Below, one piece after another: positions 19,106-28,684 of a DNA stretch of 64,000 bases. The notes under the pieces are model-generated. The model saw only the letters and a program-made list of their open reading frames with translations, searched no databases and was not told where the DNA came from. Origin of the DNA: Minisyncoccota bacterium. Its GTDB lineage: Bacteria; Patescibacteriota; Minisyncoccia; Phycocordibacterales; UBA9973. A program made the position numbers and the translations under genes. Numbering within the stretch: position 1 is the stretch's first letter; every line of letters begins with the position of its first letter. The stretch is from positions 227 through 64,226 of the forward strand of contig JBAYLA010000001.1 in assembly GCA_041664285.1 (NCBI GenBank). Reading direction: 5' to 3'.

Positions 19106-21349
19106 TTATTCAAAATGGAACTCGTCGGCTTTTTCTTTTACTTTTTGTTTTAAGAGAGGATACTTGGTGAGTTCCGGATCTTCTCCTATTAGACGAATGG
19201 CTTCAGCGCGGGCGGCTTCTACCATTTTTATGTTTTTTATAGCTTCCATCCCTAGATCGGTAATGCCCCATTGCTTTGTTCCTCCGAGTCCACCCGAACC
19301 ACGAAGGGTGAGATCTAGCTCAGCTAATTCAAAACCATTTTTTGCAGTTTTCAATGCTTTTAACCGAGCTATTGTTTTTTCACTTTTTGCTTCTGCAAAA
19401 ATATAACAATATGCTTGATGTGAGCTTCGGATGACCCGTCCACGGAGTTGGTGTAACTGAGCGAGCCCGAAACGTTCTGCTCCTTCAATTATTATCACTG
19501 TCGCATTGGGCACATTAACCCCGACTTCCACTACTGAAGTAGCGCACAAGATATTTATTTTCCCAGCAGAAAACTCTTGCATTACTTTTTCTTTTTTTTC
19601 TTTACTCATCTTGCTGTGTAATACCCCTATTTCATATTCTGTGAAAATTTCTTTTTTTAAACGCTTAGCTTCTGATATTACCGATTTTAATTCAAGCGAA
19701 ATTGTCCTTTGGTTTTTCGAGCGAGGAATTCCGCTTGGCGGTACGTAGGGAGAAAAACTAGAGGACAGTTTCGCTTCTTCTTCCTCTTCGAAAATCTTTG
19801 GACAAATTACATAGAGTTGTCTGCCAGCTTTTAGTTCGAGCTTGATTTTTTCATAAGTACTTTCTCTTTTGCCGGGGGTGATTATCTCTGTGATTATTTG
19901 TTTTCTACCAGCTGGCATTTCATCAAGAAGTGATAAATCTAAATCTCCATAGATAGTAAGCGCAAGCGTGCGGGGTATAGGAGTGGCTGTCATAGAAAGT
20001 AGGTGTGGAGCGATGTTGTCCTTTCTTACCAGTTTTCTTCTTTGCATTGTGCCAAAACGATGTTGTTCATCTATCACCACTAAAGCTAGATTTTTAAACT
20101 TCACAGTTTTTTGAATAAGGGTATGTGTGCCGATTAAAATTGGAATTTCTCCATTTGCTACCCATTTTAAAAGTTGCGTGCGAGAAATAGTGGTCCAATT
20201 TACCTTATCTTTGGTGTTGCCGATTGTTTTGGCTGGAAACTTTCTGCAACCGGATCCAGTGATGAGACCAATATTAATTGGTAAATGTTTAAAGTATTCT
20301 ATAAAAGATTCAAAATGCTGAGTCGCCAATATTTCAGTTGGAGCCATATAAGCGACTTGGAGATTACCGAAATTCTGTCCATTTGGGCGTTGTTGGGCTG
20401 TTGTATAACTAGCGGTCGCGGCTACTGCTGTTTTTCCGCTTCCTACGTCACCCTCCAAGAGTCGAGACATTGGGAAACTTTTTGCCATATCATCCAATAT
20501 TGTTGCTATTGATTTTTTTTGTGAATTAGTGGCATTGAATGGAAATTTTTGTAAAAATTCTTTTACATTTTTTTCTTCTATTTTTATTTGAAAAGATTTG
20601 TTTTTCCTATATTCAAATTTATCATGTTGGCGTTCTAGCTGAATGCAAAAAACTTCTTCAAAAGCAAATCTTTTACGTGCGGACTCCGCATTATTTTTAT
20701 TTTTTGGTTTATGAATCCAAACAAGAGCTGTTTTTAAAGTGGGTAAGTGGTATTTTTTCAAAATATCATCTGGGATATAATCATCTAGATTATCCAAAGT
20801 ACGCTCTTTGAATATTTTTTCAACTGCATGATAAAACCACTTGGAAGTGATGCCTCGAGTTTCCGTATAAATTGGATAAGAAAAACCAGTATTTTTAGTA
20901 CCGTCTTTTTTAAAAAGGGTATCGTGCATATCTATCGGCATAGAAGGTAATTTTTCAAATTCTGGGTTGGCTAAATAAACACCGTTCTTTCCCTGAGTGA
21001 CCTTACCAGTTAATTTTACATTCTCGCCATTTTTAATCATTTTAGCGAGATAGGCTTGATTAAACCAAGTTATTTTTATTTTTCCGGACAGGTCTTCGAT
21101 TTCACCTTCGGCCATTGGTATTTTTGAGTGAAAAGCTTTTTTAGTTTTTAATTTTGAGACTTTGCCATAAATTGTAGCTAGGTCACCAGGAATTAATTCT
21201 GCGATATTTTTTATCTCACTGATATCGCTATAACGAACAGGGAAGTGAAATAGCAAATCTGCTACAGAAAAAATTTTTAGTTTATGCAAGGCTTTTTTTT
21301 GATTTAGATCGAGACGAAATTTTTCTTCTAATTTATCACTTAATTCCAT
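19106..21349 (-). CDS. recG: ATP-dependent DNA helicase RecG
   Basis: GDVGSGKT, APTEILA.QH, DEQHRFG, MTATPIPRTL, QLHQLRGRV; likely start MELSDK at 21349. Confidence 0.97.
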   Translation of the reverse strand: MELSDKLEEKFRLDLNQKKALHKLKIFSVADLLFHFPVRYSDISEIKNIAELIPGDLATIYGKVSKLKTKKAFHSKIPMAEGEIEDLSGKIKITWFNQAYLAKMIKNGENVKLTGKVTQGKNGVYLANPEFEKLPSMPIDMHDTLFKKDGTKNTGFSYPIYTETRGITSKWFYHAVEKIFKERTLDNLDDYIPDDILKKYHLPTLKTALVWIHKPKNKNNAESARKRFAFEEVFCIQLERQHDKFEYRKNKSFQIKIEEKNVKEFLQKFPFNATNSQKKSIATILDDMAKSFPMSRLLEGDVGSGKTAVAATASYTTAQQRPNGQNFGNLQVAYMAPTEILATQHFESFIEYFKHLPINIGLITGSGCRKFPAKTIGNTKDKVNWTTISRTQLLKWVANGEIPILIGTHTLIQKTVKFKNLALVVIDEQHRFGTMQRRKLVRKDNIAPHLLSMTATPIPRTLALTIYGDLDLSLLDEMPAGRKQIITEIITPGKRESTYEKIKLELKAGRQLYVICPKIFEEEEEAKLSSSFSPYVPPSGIPRSKNQRTISLELKSVISEAKRLKKEIFTEYEIGVLHSKMSKEKKEKVMQEFSAGKINILCATSVVEVGVNVPNATVIIIEGAERFGLAQLHQLRGRVIRSSHQAYCYIFAEAKSEKTIARLKALKTAKNGFELAELDLTLRGSGGLGGTKQWGITDLGMEAIKNIKMVEAARAEAIRLIGEDPELTKYPLLKQKVKEKADEFHFE
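19694..19776. repeat. Palindromic element inserted within recG coding sequence
   Basis: AAGCGAAATTGTCCTTTGGTTTTTC / GAAAAACTAGAGGACAGTTTCGCTT 25-bp stem; encodes extra peptide AKLSSSFSPYVPPSGIPRSKNQRTISL. Confidence 0.75.
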
Positions 21350-21411
21350 CTTTGAATTATACGGCTTTTTGAGCATATTTACTATTTTTAATATGTGATA
21401 TAATTCATAGT

Positions 21412-21663
21412 ATGGATACGCTTTTGCAATCACAAATTTTCTTTTTTATATCTTCAATTGGCTTTGTCCTGTTATGGATTCTGGTCGCTATTTTTCTATT
21501 TTATCTTATTTGTGTCACCAAAACCTTTTCAAGGATTTTAGATAGAGTAGAAAAAGATATAGATAACATAGGTGATACTACCAAAGAAATGCTAGATGAT
21601 ATAAGAGATAGCGCAATGTTTAATTTTCTTTTTAAGAAAAAAAGAAGAAGTCGAAAAGATTAA
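21412..21663 (+). CDS. Small membrane protein (DUF948-like)
   Basis: Single TM followed by an amphipathic coiled coil. Confidence 0.6.
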   Translation: MDTLLQSQIFFFISSIGFVLLWILVAIFLFYLICVTKTFSRILDRVEKDIDNIGDTTKEMLDDIRDSAMFNFLFKKKRRSRKD

Positions 21664-21692
21664 TTTTTATTAGAATTTAAGTATATAAATAT

Positions 21693-22061
21693 ATGAAAAA
21701 AAAGATAAATACAAAAAAAGGACTATCGGGTGGAAAAATAATAGCAGGAGTAGCAGGGATGGCGGCCTTGGGGGCAGGAGCATATTATTTTTTAGGACCA
21801 AAAGCTAAGGCTCATCAAAAGAAAGCAAAAATATTAGTAGAAAAGATGAAAAAAGAAGTAGAGAAAGAAATTAAGAAAGTTAAAGAAGTTACACCCGCTC
21901 TGTATTACAAAGCAATAGATGTTGTAGCTTCAAATTATGCTAAGCAATATAAATTACATGAAAAAGACGTTAAAGCTATTGCAGATAAAATGAAAAATGA
22001 ATGGAAAGGAGCAAATAAAATAGTTAAAAAGGCTGTTCGCGAAGCCAAAAAGAAAAGCTAA
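21693..22061 (+). CDS. YtxH-like membrane-anchored basic protein
   Basis: 'AGMAALGAGAYYFLGPK' followed by Lys-rich helix. Confidence 0.55.
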   Translation: MKKKINTKKGLSGGKIIAGVAGMAALGAGAYYFLGPKAKAHQKKAKILVEKMKKEVEKEIKKVKEVTPALYYKAIDVVASNYAKQYKLHEKDVKAIADKMKNEWKGANKIVKKAVREAKKKS

Positions 22062-22064
22062 TTC

Positions 22065-23027
22065 ATGTACGAAGAAATAAAAAATTTTAATAAACAATTT
22101 TCTTATGAGCCAAAGATTGAGAATCAGGGAAACTTTATAAAAAAATCAAGTTTTATTGTTATTGGAATGGGTGGATCTGCTTTAGCTCAAGAATTATTGA
22201 AAAATTGGAAACCAGAATTAGATATTGTAACTAGACGTGATTATGGTTTACCAGAGCTTCCAGTAGAAGAATTTAAAAACAAACTTATTATATTGAGTTC
22301 TTATTCTGGTAATACCGAAGAAGTAATTAGTGCTTTTAATGATGCCAAAAAACAAAACCTTAACATGGCTGTTGTTACAATTGGTGGTAAATTATTATCA
22401 CTTGCGAAAGAAAACAATGTTCCTTACATACAAATGTCAGATACTGGAATTCAGCCTCGTATGGCTCTCGGTTTCTCTATTAAAGCATTTTTGAAACTTA
22501 TTGGAGAAGAGGATGAGTTGGAAAAAATTAACAATCTAACAACCACTCTAAGTCCACTTGATTTTGAAAAAGAAGGAAAAGCATTGGCAGAAAAAATGAA
22601 GAATTATGTTCCTATTATTTATGCTTCAGGTCGCAATTTATCTCTAGCTAGTACTTGGAAAATAAAAATAAATGAGGCTAAGGTTCCTGCTTTTTATAAT
22701 ATTTTTCCAGCCTTGAATCATAATGAAATGACTAGTTTTGATGTAAAAGATTCTACTAAGGAACTAATTAATAAATTTTATTTTATATTTCTTAAAGACA
22801 CAGAAGATAGCCCTAAAATTTTAAAAAGAATGGAGGTAACAGAAAAATTATATAAAGATCGTGGCTTGCAGGTTGAAGTTGTCAGTGTCCAAGGGGAAAA
22901 TTTTTGGCAGAAAATGTTCTCCGTCCTAGTTTTAGGAGATTGGGTTGCTTATTATTTGGCAATTCAATATGGATTAGAACCCGAGCAAGTACCAATGGTG
23001 GAAGAATTTAAAAAGCTTATTTCTTAA
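22065..23027 (+). CDS. Bifunctional phosphoglucose/phosphomannose isomerase (SIS domain)
   Basis: GMGGSA, SSYSGNTEE, QPRMA, INE.K, HNE. Confidence 0.9.
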   Translation: MYEEIKNFNKQFSYEPKIENQGNFIKKSSFIVIGMGGSALAQELLKNWKPELDIVTRRDYGLPELPVEEFKNKLIILSSYSGNTEEVISAFNDAKKQNLNMAVVTIGGKLLSLAKENNVPYIQMSDTGIQPRMALGFSIKAFLKLIGEEDELEKINNLTTTLSPLDFEKEGKALAEKMKNYVPIIYASGRNLSLASTWKIKINEAKVPAFYNIFPALNHNEMTSFDVKDSTKELINKFYFIFLKDTEDSPKILKRMEVTEKLYKDRGLQVEVVSVQGENFWQKMFSVLVLGDWVAYYLAIQYGLEPEQVPMVEEFKKLIS

Positions 23028-23039
23028 CAAAATAAAAAT

Positions 23040-23972
23040 ATGAAAAAAGAAATAGGATATATTGGGTTGGGGAAAATGGGTAAAAATATGGTTTTTCGCT
23101 TGCTCAATGCGGGGTGGAATATTATTGCTTATAACAGAAGCTCAGAAAGCGTTCAAGAGGTAGTAGAAAAAGGGGGGATAGGGACACAAAGTATGAAAGA
23201 AGTTATTTCTAAGCTTTCCTCGCCTCGTACTGTGTGGCTGATGGTTCCACACCAAACGGTGGATGAAGTTATAAATGAACTAGTACCAATGCTCCAAAAA
23301 GGGGATCTTGTTATCGACGGCGGAAATTCTCCATACCAAGAATCAATGCGCAGAGCGAAAGAATTAAACGATAAAGGGATTGAATTTTTAGATATTGGAG
23401 TCTCTGGCGGCCCTGGTGGAGCATTGAACGGTGCTTGTATGATGGTGGGCGGCAAGAAAGAATTATATGACCGATTTGAAGAGAGTGGATTTTTTAAAGA
23501 TACATGTTTACCAAATGGTTGGGGACATATGGGTTCGTCTGGGGCAGGTCATTTTGTGAAAATGGTGCACAATGGAATTGAATACGGGATGATGCAAGCT
23601 ATTGCGGAAGGTTTCGACCTCATGAGGCATTCAAAAGAATTTAACTTAGATCTTATAAAAATTACAGACGTATATTCGCATGGAAGCGTGATTACTTCTA
23701 GTTTAGTGTCTTGGATGAATGATGGATATAAAAAATATGGCAAAGATTTAAATGAAATATCTGGCAAGGCTTCCAGTACTGGGGAAGGAGCATGGACAGT
23801 GGAAGCTGGGATACGAGAAAATATATCAATGCCAGTTATTCAGGCGTCACTAGACGTAAGACAAGCATCACAAGTAAAACCATCCTATCAGGGTAAAGTA
23901 GTTTCTACTATGCGTGGAGAATTTGGACAACATCCAGTGAAAAGAACTCCCGACGAACCGGAGGTGTTGTAA
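23040..23972 (+). CDS. gnd: 6-phosphogluconate dehydrogenase (decarboxylating, short type)
   Basis: GLGKMG, IDGGNS, GVSGG, GHFVKMVHNGIEYGMMQ, GEG.W. Confidence 0.95.
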   Translation: MKKEIGYIGLGKMGKNMVFRLLNAGWNIIAYNRSSESVQEVVEKGGIGTQSMKEVISKLSSPRTVWLMVPHQTVDEVINELVPMLQKGDLVIDGGNSPYQESMRRAKELNDKGIEFLDIGVSGGPGGALNGACMMVGGKKELYDRFEESGFFKDTCLPNGWGHMGSSGAGHFVKMVHNGIEYGMMQAIAEGFDLMRHSKEFNLDLIKITDVYSHGSVITSSLVSWMNDGYKKYGKDLNEISGKASSTGEGAWTVEAGIRENISMPVIQASLDVRQASQVKPSYQGKVVSTMRGEFGQHPVKRTPDEPEVL

Positions 23973-23982
23973 AAATAATTTG

Positions 23983-24069
23983 CGGAGAGAGAGGGATTCG
24001 AACCCTCGGTCCTTTTAAGGGGACGACAGTTTAGTAAACTGTTGGTTTAAGCCACTCACCCATCTCTCC
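23983..24069 (-). tRNA. tRNA-Ser (anticodon ACT)
   Basis: Reverse complement GGAGAGA..., anticodon arm ACAGT-TTACTAA-ACTGT, long variable arm, GAGGG-TTCGAAT-CCCTC, discriminator G. Confidence 0.88.
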
Positions 24070-24152
24070 TAAACTTAAAGAGAGTATAACATAGAAAAAA
24101 TGAAAAAATAGTACCAATATGTTAGAGTAATTAAGTTATTTTAATATGTAAC

Positions 24153-24241
24153 GGAGCCGTGTCAGAGTGGTCTAACGTACCTCTTTGCTAAAGAGGCAGG
24201 GGCTTCAAAACCCCTCGGCGGTTCGAATCCGCCCGGCTCCG
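24153..24241 (+). tRNA. tRNA-Ser (anticodon GCT)
   Basis: GGAGCCG/CGGCTCC acceptor, CCTCT-TTGCTAA-AGAGG, long variable arm, discriminator G. Confidence 0.95.
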
Positions 24242-24265
24242 CACGAATTATGTTATAGTATTTTT

Positions 24266-24754
24266 ATGACAGGAGAAGATAAAGTAAAACAGAAAATTTG
24301 GCATTTTATTTATAGTTTCTTTTTGCCAGCTAGACAATTTCTTTTAAAGATTGGAATTATTTGGCATAAAAAGGGGAGACAGCGATATCATCTTGGCTGG
24401 CTTGCTCCTCATAAAACCTTAGAAGGACTTAAACGTCATTTAAATGAGAAATGGGGTTTTGGCAATCATTTTATCGCCTGGATAGATGAAGACCAAGTTC
24501 TAAGTTGGAGAAAATTAACTGATTTTCAAGATCAATATCATTTGCGAGTTTACAAAGATGGAGAAATTTGTGGTCATTTTGAATTGACCCCTGAAGCTCA
24601 TCCCTTAGAGCATATTGAAGAAAAAGGAGAGGTGGATAAGACGGAAGACTTTTTGAAATTCTTGGGAGATTTTGTGGTTCAAGGAAAATATATTTCACAT
24701 CTTGAAATGGATCCAAATGCTTTTGATCCAAAATCTGAAATTACGTTAAAATAA
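24266..24754 (+). CDS. Hypothetical protein
   Basis: ATG 24266 after the tRNA; His-rich motif QYHLRVY..GEICGHFE..PE.HP..H. Confidence 0.65.
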   Translation: MTGEDKVKQKIWHFIYSFFLPARQFLLKIGIIWHKKGRQRYHLGWLAPHKTLEGLKRHLNEKWGFGNHFIAWIDEDQVLSWRKLTDFQDQYHLRVYKDGEICGHFELTPEAHPLEHIEEKGEVDKTEDFLKFLGDFVVQGKYISHLEMDPNAFDPKSEITLK

Positions 24755-24756
24755 TA

Positions 24757-25944
24757 TTAATTGATTTTTGATTCTGGTAAAACTAAATCCCAAAGTTTTC
24801 CAGCGACGTTATTGGGTTTACCAAAAAGTGGATAATGATGTAAATCTATAAATGGCAAACTATTGCATTCTATTATTCCACAATGTTGTTCTTCTTTCCA
24901 TGATTTTGTGATGTCTTCGATTATAAAGTCTACTCCAATAAGTGGATCAGCTAAAAATTTAGCAATATGTTCTAACATTTCTATATTATCAGGATGCACA
25001 ATGTCGGTGACTTCAGTAGTTGTACCTCCACAGCCCCGACTTGTTTTCTGAGAAAATGTTACCACTTTACCTTTCTCTATCACTTCATCTAATTTTATAT
25101 TCTGTCTTTTTAATTCTTTTTCAGCCTCTTTATCTATAATTATTTTGTGGAAAATTGGACCATTACGCTCTAGCCTTTTGTTTTCTATCTCTAGTAATTG
25201 TTCAACTGTTTGTATTCCATTACCTTCAGCTTGTGGTTGATCTCGTTTTACTACTCCAACTAATTTGCCACCAATTAATGTTCCACGAAAGAGATATCCG
25301 TTCAATTCTTCTTCAACAACAACCAGGGGAGAGAGTTTTTTTGCTTTTTTAAAACCAATTAATAAATCTTCTTTAGTATTTATGTGAATCATTGTATGCC
25401 GACTTCGAGAACCTAAATTTGGTTTAGTGATGACGGGCTTAGTAACGCTATTGAAAATTTTTAACGCTTTATTTTTAGTAAAGGCAACACCACCTTTTGC
25501 TACTGGCAAACCTTCCGTCAAGAATTTTTCTTTCATTGTGCCCTTGTTGTCCATCCATTTCAAAGCTTCTGATTCTTGGAAACCGGGCCTAGGGAGTCCG
25601 TCAAAAATTATTGTTTTTCCTTTGTATTCAGCCACGAAACCATCTCGGATTGGACCCAAGTGAAATTCACGCATTTTTATTCCGCGTCGAATTGCTTCGT
25701 CCCAGAAACATTTCGTTCTCCAGGTGTCTTTTTTATCAGGCTGAAGGGAAAAATATCCTAATTTTAGAAAAACCATTAGATTAAAAAAAGGCAAAGTTAT
25801 TTTATCAGAAATTGTTTCGGCAGTATTTTTAAAAAGACGTTCCATTAAATTAAAAAATGGTTCGTCTATCAAATCAAAAACTACTGATGTATATGCCATC
25901 AAATGACTTTCTTGGGCTGGTTCACAATCTTTACAGTGTTTCAT
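24757..25944 (-). CDS. ATP-grasp ligase, cyanophycin synthetase/GshB-like N-terminal type
   Basis: DNKG..K, PVITKP..GSRS, VVEE, GG.T.EVTD.VHP.N, GVDFI, IIECNS.P. Confidence 0.75.
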   Translation of the reverse strand: MKHCKDCEPAQESHLMAYTSVVFDLIDEPFFNLMERLFKNTAETISDKITLPFFNLMVFLKLGYFSLQPDKKDTWRTKCFWDEAIRRGIKMREFHLGPIRDGFVAEYKGKTIIFDGLPRPGFQESEALKWMDNKGTMKEKFLTEGLPVAKGGVAFTKNKALKIFNSVTKPVITKPNLGSRSRHTMIHINTKEDLLIGFKKAKKLSPLVVVEEELNGYLFRGTLIGGKLVGVVKRDQPQAEGNGIQTVEQLLEIENKRLERNGPIFHKIIIDKEAEKELKRQNIKLDEVIEKGKVVTFSQKTSRGCGGTTTEVTDIVHPDNIEMLEHIAKFLADPLIGVDFIIEDITKSWKEEQHCGIIECNSLPFIDLHHYPLFGKPNNVAGKLWDLVLPESKIN

Positions 25945-26578
25945 TTTTTAAGAATAATTTCCAATCTTTTTTAAATAATGTTCGGCAAATATGAAAAATA
26001 GTGAAGGTAATAAAGTAAGCCGATAGAACATCTATTGAATAGTGCAAATGTCCAAGGAGTACTACTGTTGCAAACATAACAGAGAATGAAAGAAAAACTA
26101 TTCTCAGGGTTTTATTTTCCCAAAAAATTAAAGCTAAGAGAAAAGGCACACCTGTATGCCCAGAAAAGAAAAGATCATTACCGGTGAAAATACCACGAAA
26201 TACCTCACCACTGAAAAAAGCTGAATCTATTAATGCACGGGTAGGGAATGGACTGATATGAGTAAGGCTTACAAAGAGTGACCTTATTAAGGTAAAAGTA
26301 GCAATACTTTTCGCTACAAACGGCAGATAGTTTGGTCGTTTAAATACAACCAAAAGACCAATAATAACTAAAACTATAGATCCCCAGACAAAAATTCCAC
26401 CCACATCATAAACTCGTGTATTGCTAAGTATTACATCGGTGACAGGTTCACTACTTACACTTGCAACATAACCACTTACTAAAAATTGGACGACTAGACT
26501 TATTGATAGTAATACTAAACCACCTAAAAAAGAGATAAGGAAGTTTTTATCAGTGAAATGAGTTTTATAACTTTGCAT
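25931..26578 (-). CDS. PAP2_C / sphingomyelin-synthase-like membrane phosphotransferase
   Basis: DLFFSGHT and HLHYSIDV catalytic motifs; multiple TM. Confidence 0.75.
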   Translation of the reverse strand: MQSYKTHFTDKNFLISFLGGLVLLSISLVVQFLVSGYVASVSSEPVTDVILSNTRVYDVGGIFVWGSIVLVIIGLLVVFKRPNYLPFVAKSIATFTLIRSLFVSLTHISPFPTRALIDSAFFSGEVFRGIFTGNDLFFSGHTGVPFLLALIFWENKTLRIVFLSFSVMFATVVLLGHLHYSIDVLSAYFITFTIFHICRTLFKKDWKLFLKNETL

Positions 26579-26585
26579 GTATTTA

Positions 26586-26640
26586 GTATACCCCAACACT
26601 TATTTTAATTCAAAATTTAAAATAAGTGTGGGGATAGCAA
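26586..26640 (-). promoter_or_regulatory. Palindromic repeat copy 1 carrying a sigma70-like promoter
   Basis: Minus strand TTGAAT-17 nt-TATACT, 6 nt before ATG 26578; inverted repeat CCCC(A)ACACTTA/TAAGTGTGGGG. Confidence 0.65.
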
Positions 26641-26651
26641 GTAAATAATTT

Positions 26652-27479
26652 TTAAGAAAACAACAGTTTTGTCTTGTTTTTTTCTACAAAAGACTCTATA
26701 GCTTGCGACATTTCAAGGACCGCATTATGAGCAGTATTGTGGTCAACATTGGGGATACTGATAAATTCTGAATTAGTTATTTCCCTAGACATTTTCATTG
26801 AATTTTTAATTGGAACCATTGAATCTTTTTCTCCATGCATGACGAGGGTAGGAACGTTTATTTTTTCTAAATCATATTCCTGGTTAGCATCAAGAGATTG
26901 TTTGAGGGTGTAAAAATGTGCATGAAGTCCGGTGTTTTTAATGTCAGCTAAATTTCTGCTAATACTCCAATCAGTTGAATTTATATGTTTTCTGTAATCA
27001 ACATGGCCACGAGGTTTTGGATTAAAAGGTAATAAACTGATAATGCCTGTAAATATTGCGAGGGAGAATCTCATAATTTTTGCTAAAAATCCTTCGTGTA
27101 GATATATCTCTGGAGAAGTAAAGACATTAGCAGACACTGTCTCTCTCCATAATTTTATATATTCGAGCGCAATTAGTCCGGCAAAAGAGTTACTAATCAG
27201 AACGAATTTCGGAATCTTTAAATACATGATTAAATCATGAAGGTCTTCGGCAAAATTTTTAATTTCATAATCAGAATAATTCGGAAACTTTTTTGACATA
27301 CCATGTCCTCTTATATCAACAGTTACGACATTATATTTTTTTTCAAATATTTTTTCATATGGAAGCCAAGCGGAAGAAGAACCAGAAACCCCATGTACAA
27401 ATACTAGAGTTATTCTATCTGTTTTATATTCATTAGTTCGATAATATATTCTATTTTCAAAAATATGTTCTTGCATCAC
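26652..27479 (-). CDS. Alpha/beta hydrolase
   Basis: FVHG, DIRGHG.S, nucleophile elbow SNSFAG, HGEKD, DH. Confidence 0.88.
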   Translation of the reverse strand: MMQEHIFENRIYYRTNEYKTDRITLVFVHGVSGSSSAWLPYEKIFEKKYNVVTVDIRGHGMSKKFPNYSDYEIKNFAEDLHDLIMYLKIPKFVLISNSFAGLIALEYIKLWRETVSANVFTSPEIYLHEGFLAKIMRFSLAIFTGIISLLPFNPKPRGHVDYRKHINSTDWSISRNLADIKNTGLHAHFYTLKQSLDANQEYDLEKINVPTLVMHGEKDSMVPIKNSMKMSREITNSEFISIPNVDHNTAHNAVLEMSQAIESFVEKNKTKLLFS

Positions 27480-27487
27480 ACTGTAAG

Positions 27488-28684
27488 TTATTTTTCTAAT
27501 ATTTGATAATAAGTTTCTTCTAATAAATCTACACTTTTATTTATAGCATAATTTTTACTTTTTTCTAAACTAACCTTACCTTGCTTTTTTCTTAAATCTG
27601 GATCATTAATTAATCTCAACGTTTTTTCTGCTAAATCTTTATGATTTTCAGTTTCAAATAAAAATCCATTATTGTCTATAAAAAATTTTGCAGCATTCAT
27701 CTGTGCATCCGGAACGATGATTGGTTTACCACAAGCCATTGCTTCTAAAACTGTCATTCCTTCTAGCTCTGCAAAGGATGGTGAAATAAATATGTCACCT
27801 GCATTATAAGCCAAGATTTTATCTTCATCACTTACCAATCCTAAAAAGGTAACGTGTTTATTAATTTTTAAATTGTTTACTAATTTTTCTAATTTAGGCC
27901 TAACATGTCCAGCACCAGCTAGCATTACGTGTATGTTTGGATTTTCTTTAATAATATGCGGGATTGCTTTGATGAGTGTATCAATGGATTTTTCTGGATA
28001 AAGTCTTCCGACATATACTATATTTATAGTATCTTTTGGAATATTGAATCGACTATGAAAATCGCTAACTTCTTTTATTTTATATCTTTCAATATTGATT
28101 CCATTTGAAATAATAGTTGATGGTTTTTCTTTTCCTATCAAATGATGCAACAGATTTCGGCCAAATTCTGCTGGGTAAATAATTAAATCTGCTTTTCGAT
28201 AAAACCAAACAAGGTATTTGTTCCAAATTTTACCAAGAGTAGGTTGGATTATTTTTGGCATATCCATAAATAAATTTTCTGGTTGAGAGTGAGAAGCTAT
28301 AACCACTTTGATATTTAAAGATTTGGCTGCCAAGGTTGCTGCTACTCCGCATCCCATTGGCAAGACCACATGCACGACATCAATCTTTTCTTCTTTAAAA
28401 ACTTTTTTTAATTCTTTGACGGCTGGAAGAGCAAAATACCATCCCCCACTCTTTGGGACAGGGAAGCCTCGATAACCGTGCATTTTAATCCCATCGTAAT
28501 GACTTTTATTTTTATGTTCTTTGCCACGTGCTCCAACGAAAATAACATTATGTCCCCGTTCTTTTAATAACTTTGAAAATCGTACCGTAGAAACAACTAC
28601 GCCAGATTTATTACTGCCAATTGGATCACAAATCATCGCTATGTTTAATTTGTTCCTTATTTTATTTTCAGATTTTTCTTTCAT
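27488..28684 (-). CDS. GT4 glycosyltransferase (diacylglycerol glucosyltransferase-like)
   Basis: SGVVVS, H.QPEN, YVGRL..EK, ELEGMTVLEAMACGKP. Confidence 0.88.
   Translation of the reverse strand: MKEKSENKIRNKLNIAMICDPIGSNKSGVVVSTVRFSKLLKERGHNVIFVGARGKEHKNKSHYDGIKMHGYRGFPVPKSGGWYFALPAVKELKKVFKEEKIDVVHVVLPMGCGVAATLAAKSLNIKVVIASHSQPENLFMDMPKIIQPTLGKIWNKYLVWFYRKADLIIYPAEFGRNLLHHLIGKEKPSTIISNGINIERYKIKEVSDFHSRFNIPKDTINIVYVGRLYPEKSIDTLIKAIPHIIKENPNIHVMLAGAGHVRPKLEKLVNNLKINKHVTFLGLVSDEDKILAYNAGDIFISPSFAELEGMTVLEAMACGKPIIVPDAQMNAAKFFIDNNGFLFETENHKDLAEKTLRLINDPDLRKKQGKVSLEKSKNYAINKSVDLLEETYYQILEK

Noticed and set aside
21350-21433. Head-to-head overlap of recG with 21412-21663
   Set aside because: Artefact of longest-ORF start; RecG likely starts at 21349
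24185-24265. N-terminal extension of ORF 24185-24754
   Set aside because: Overlaps tRNA-Ser(GCT); real start more likely ATG 24266
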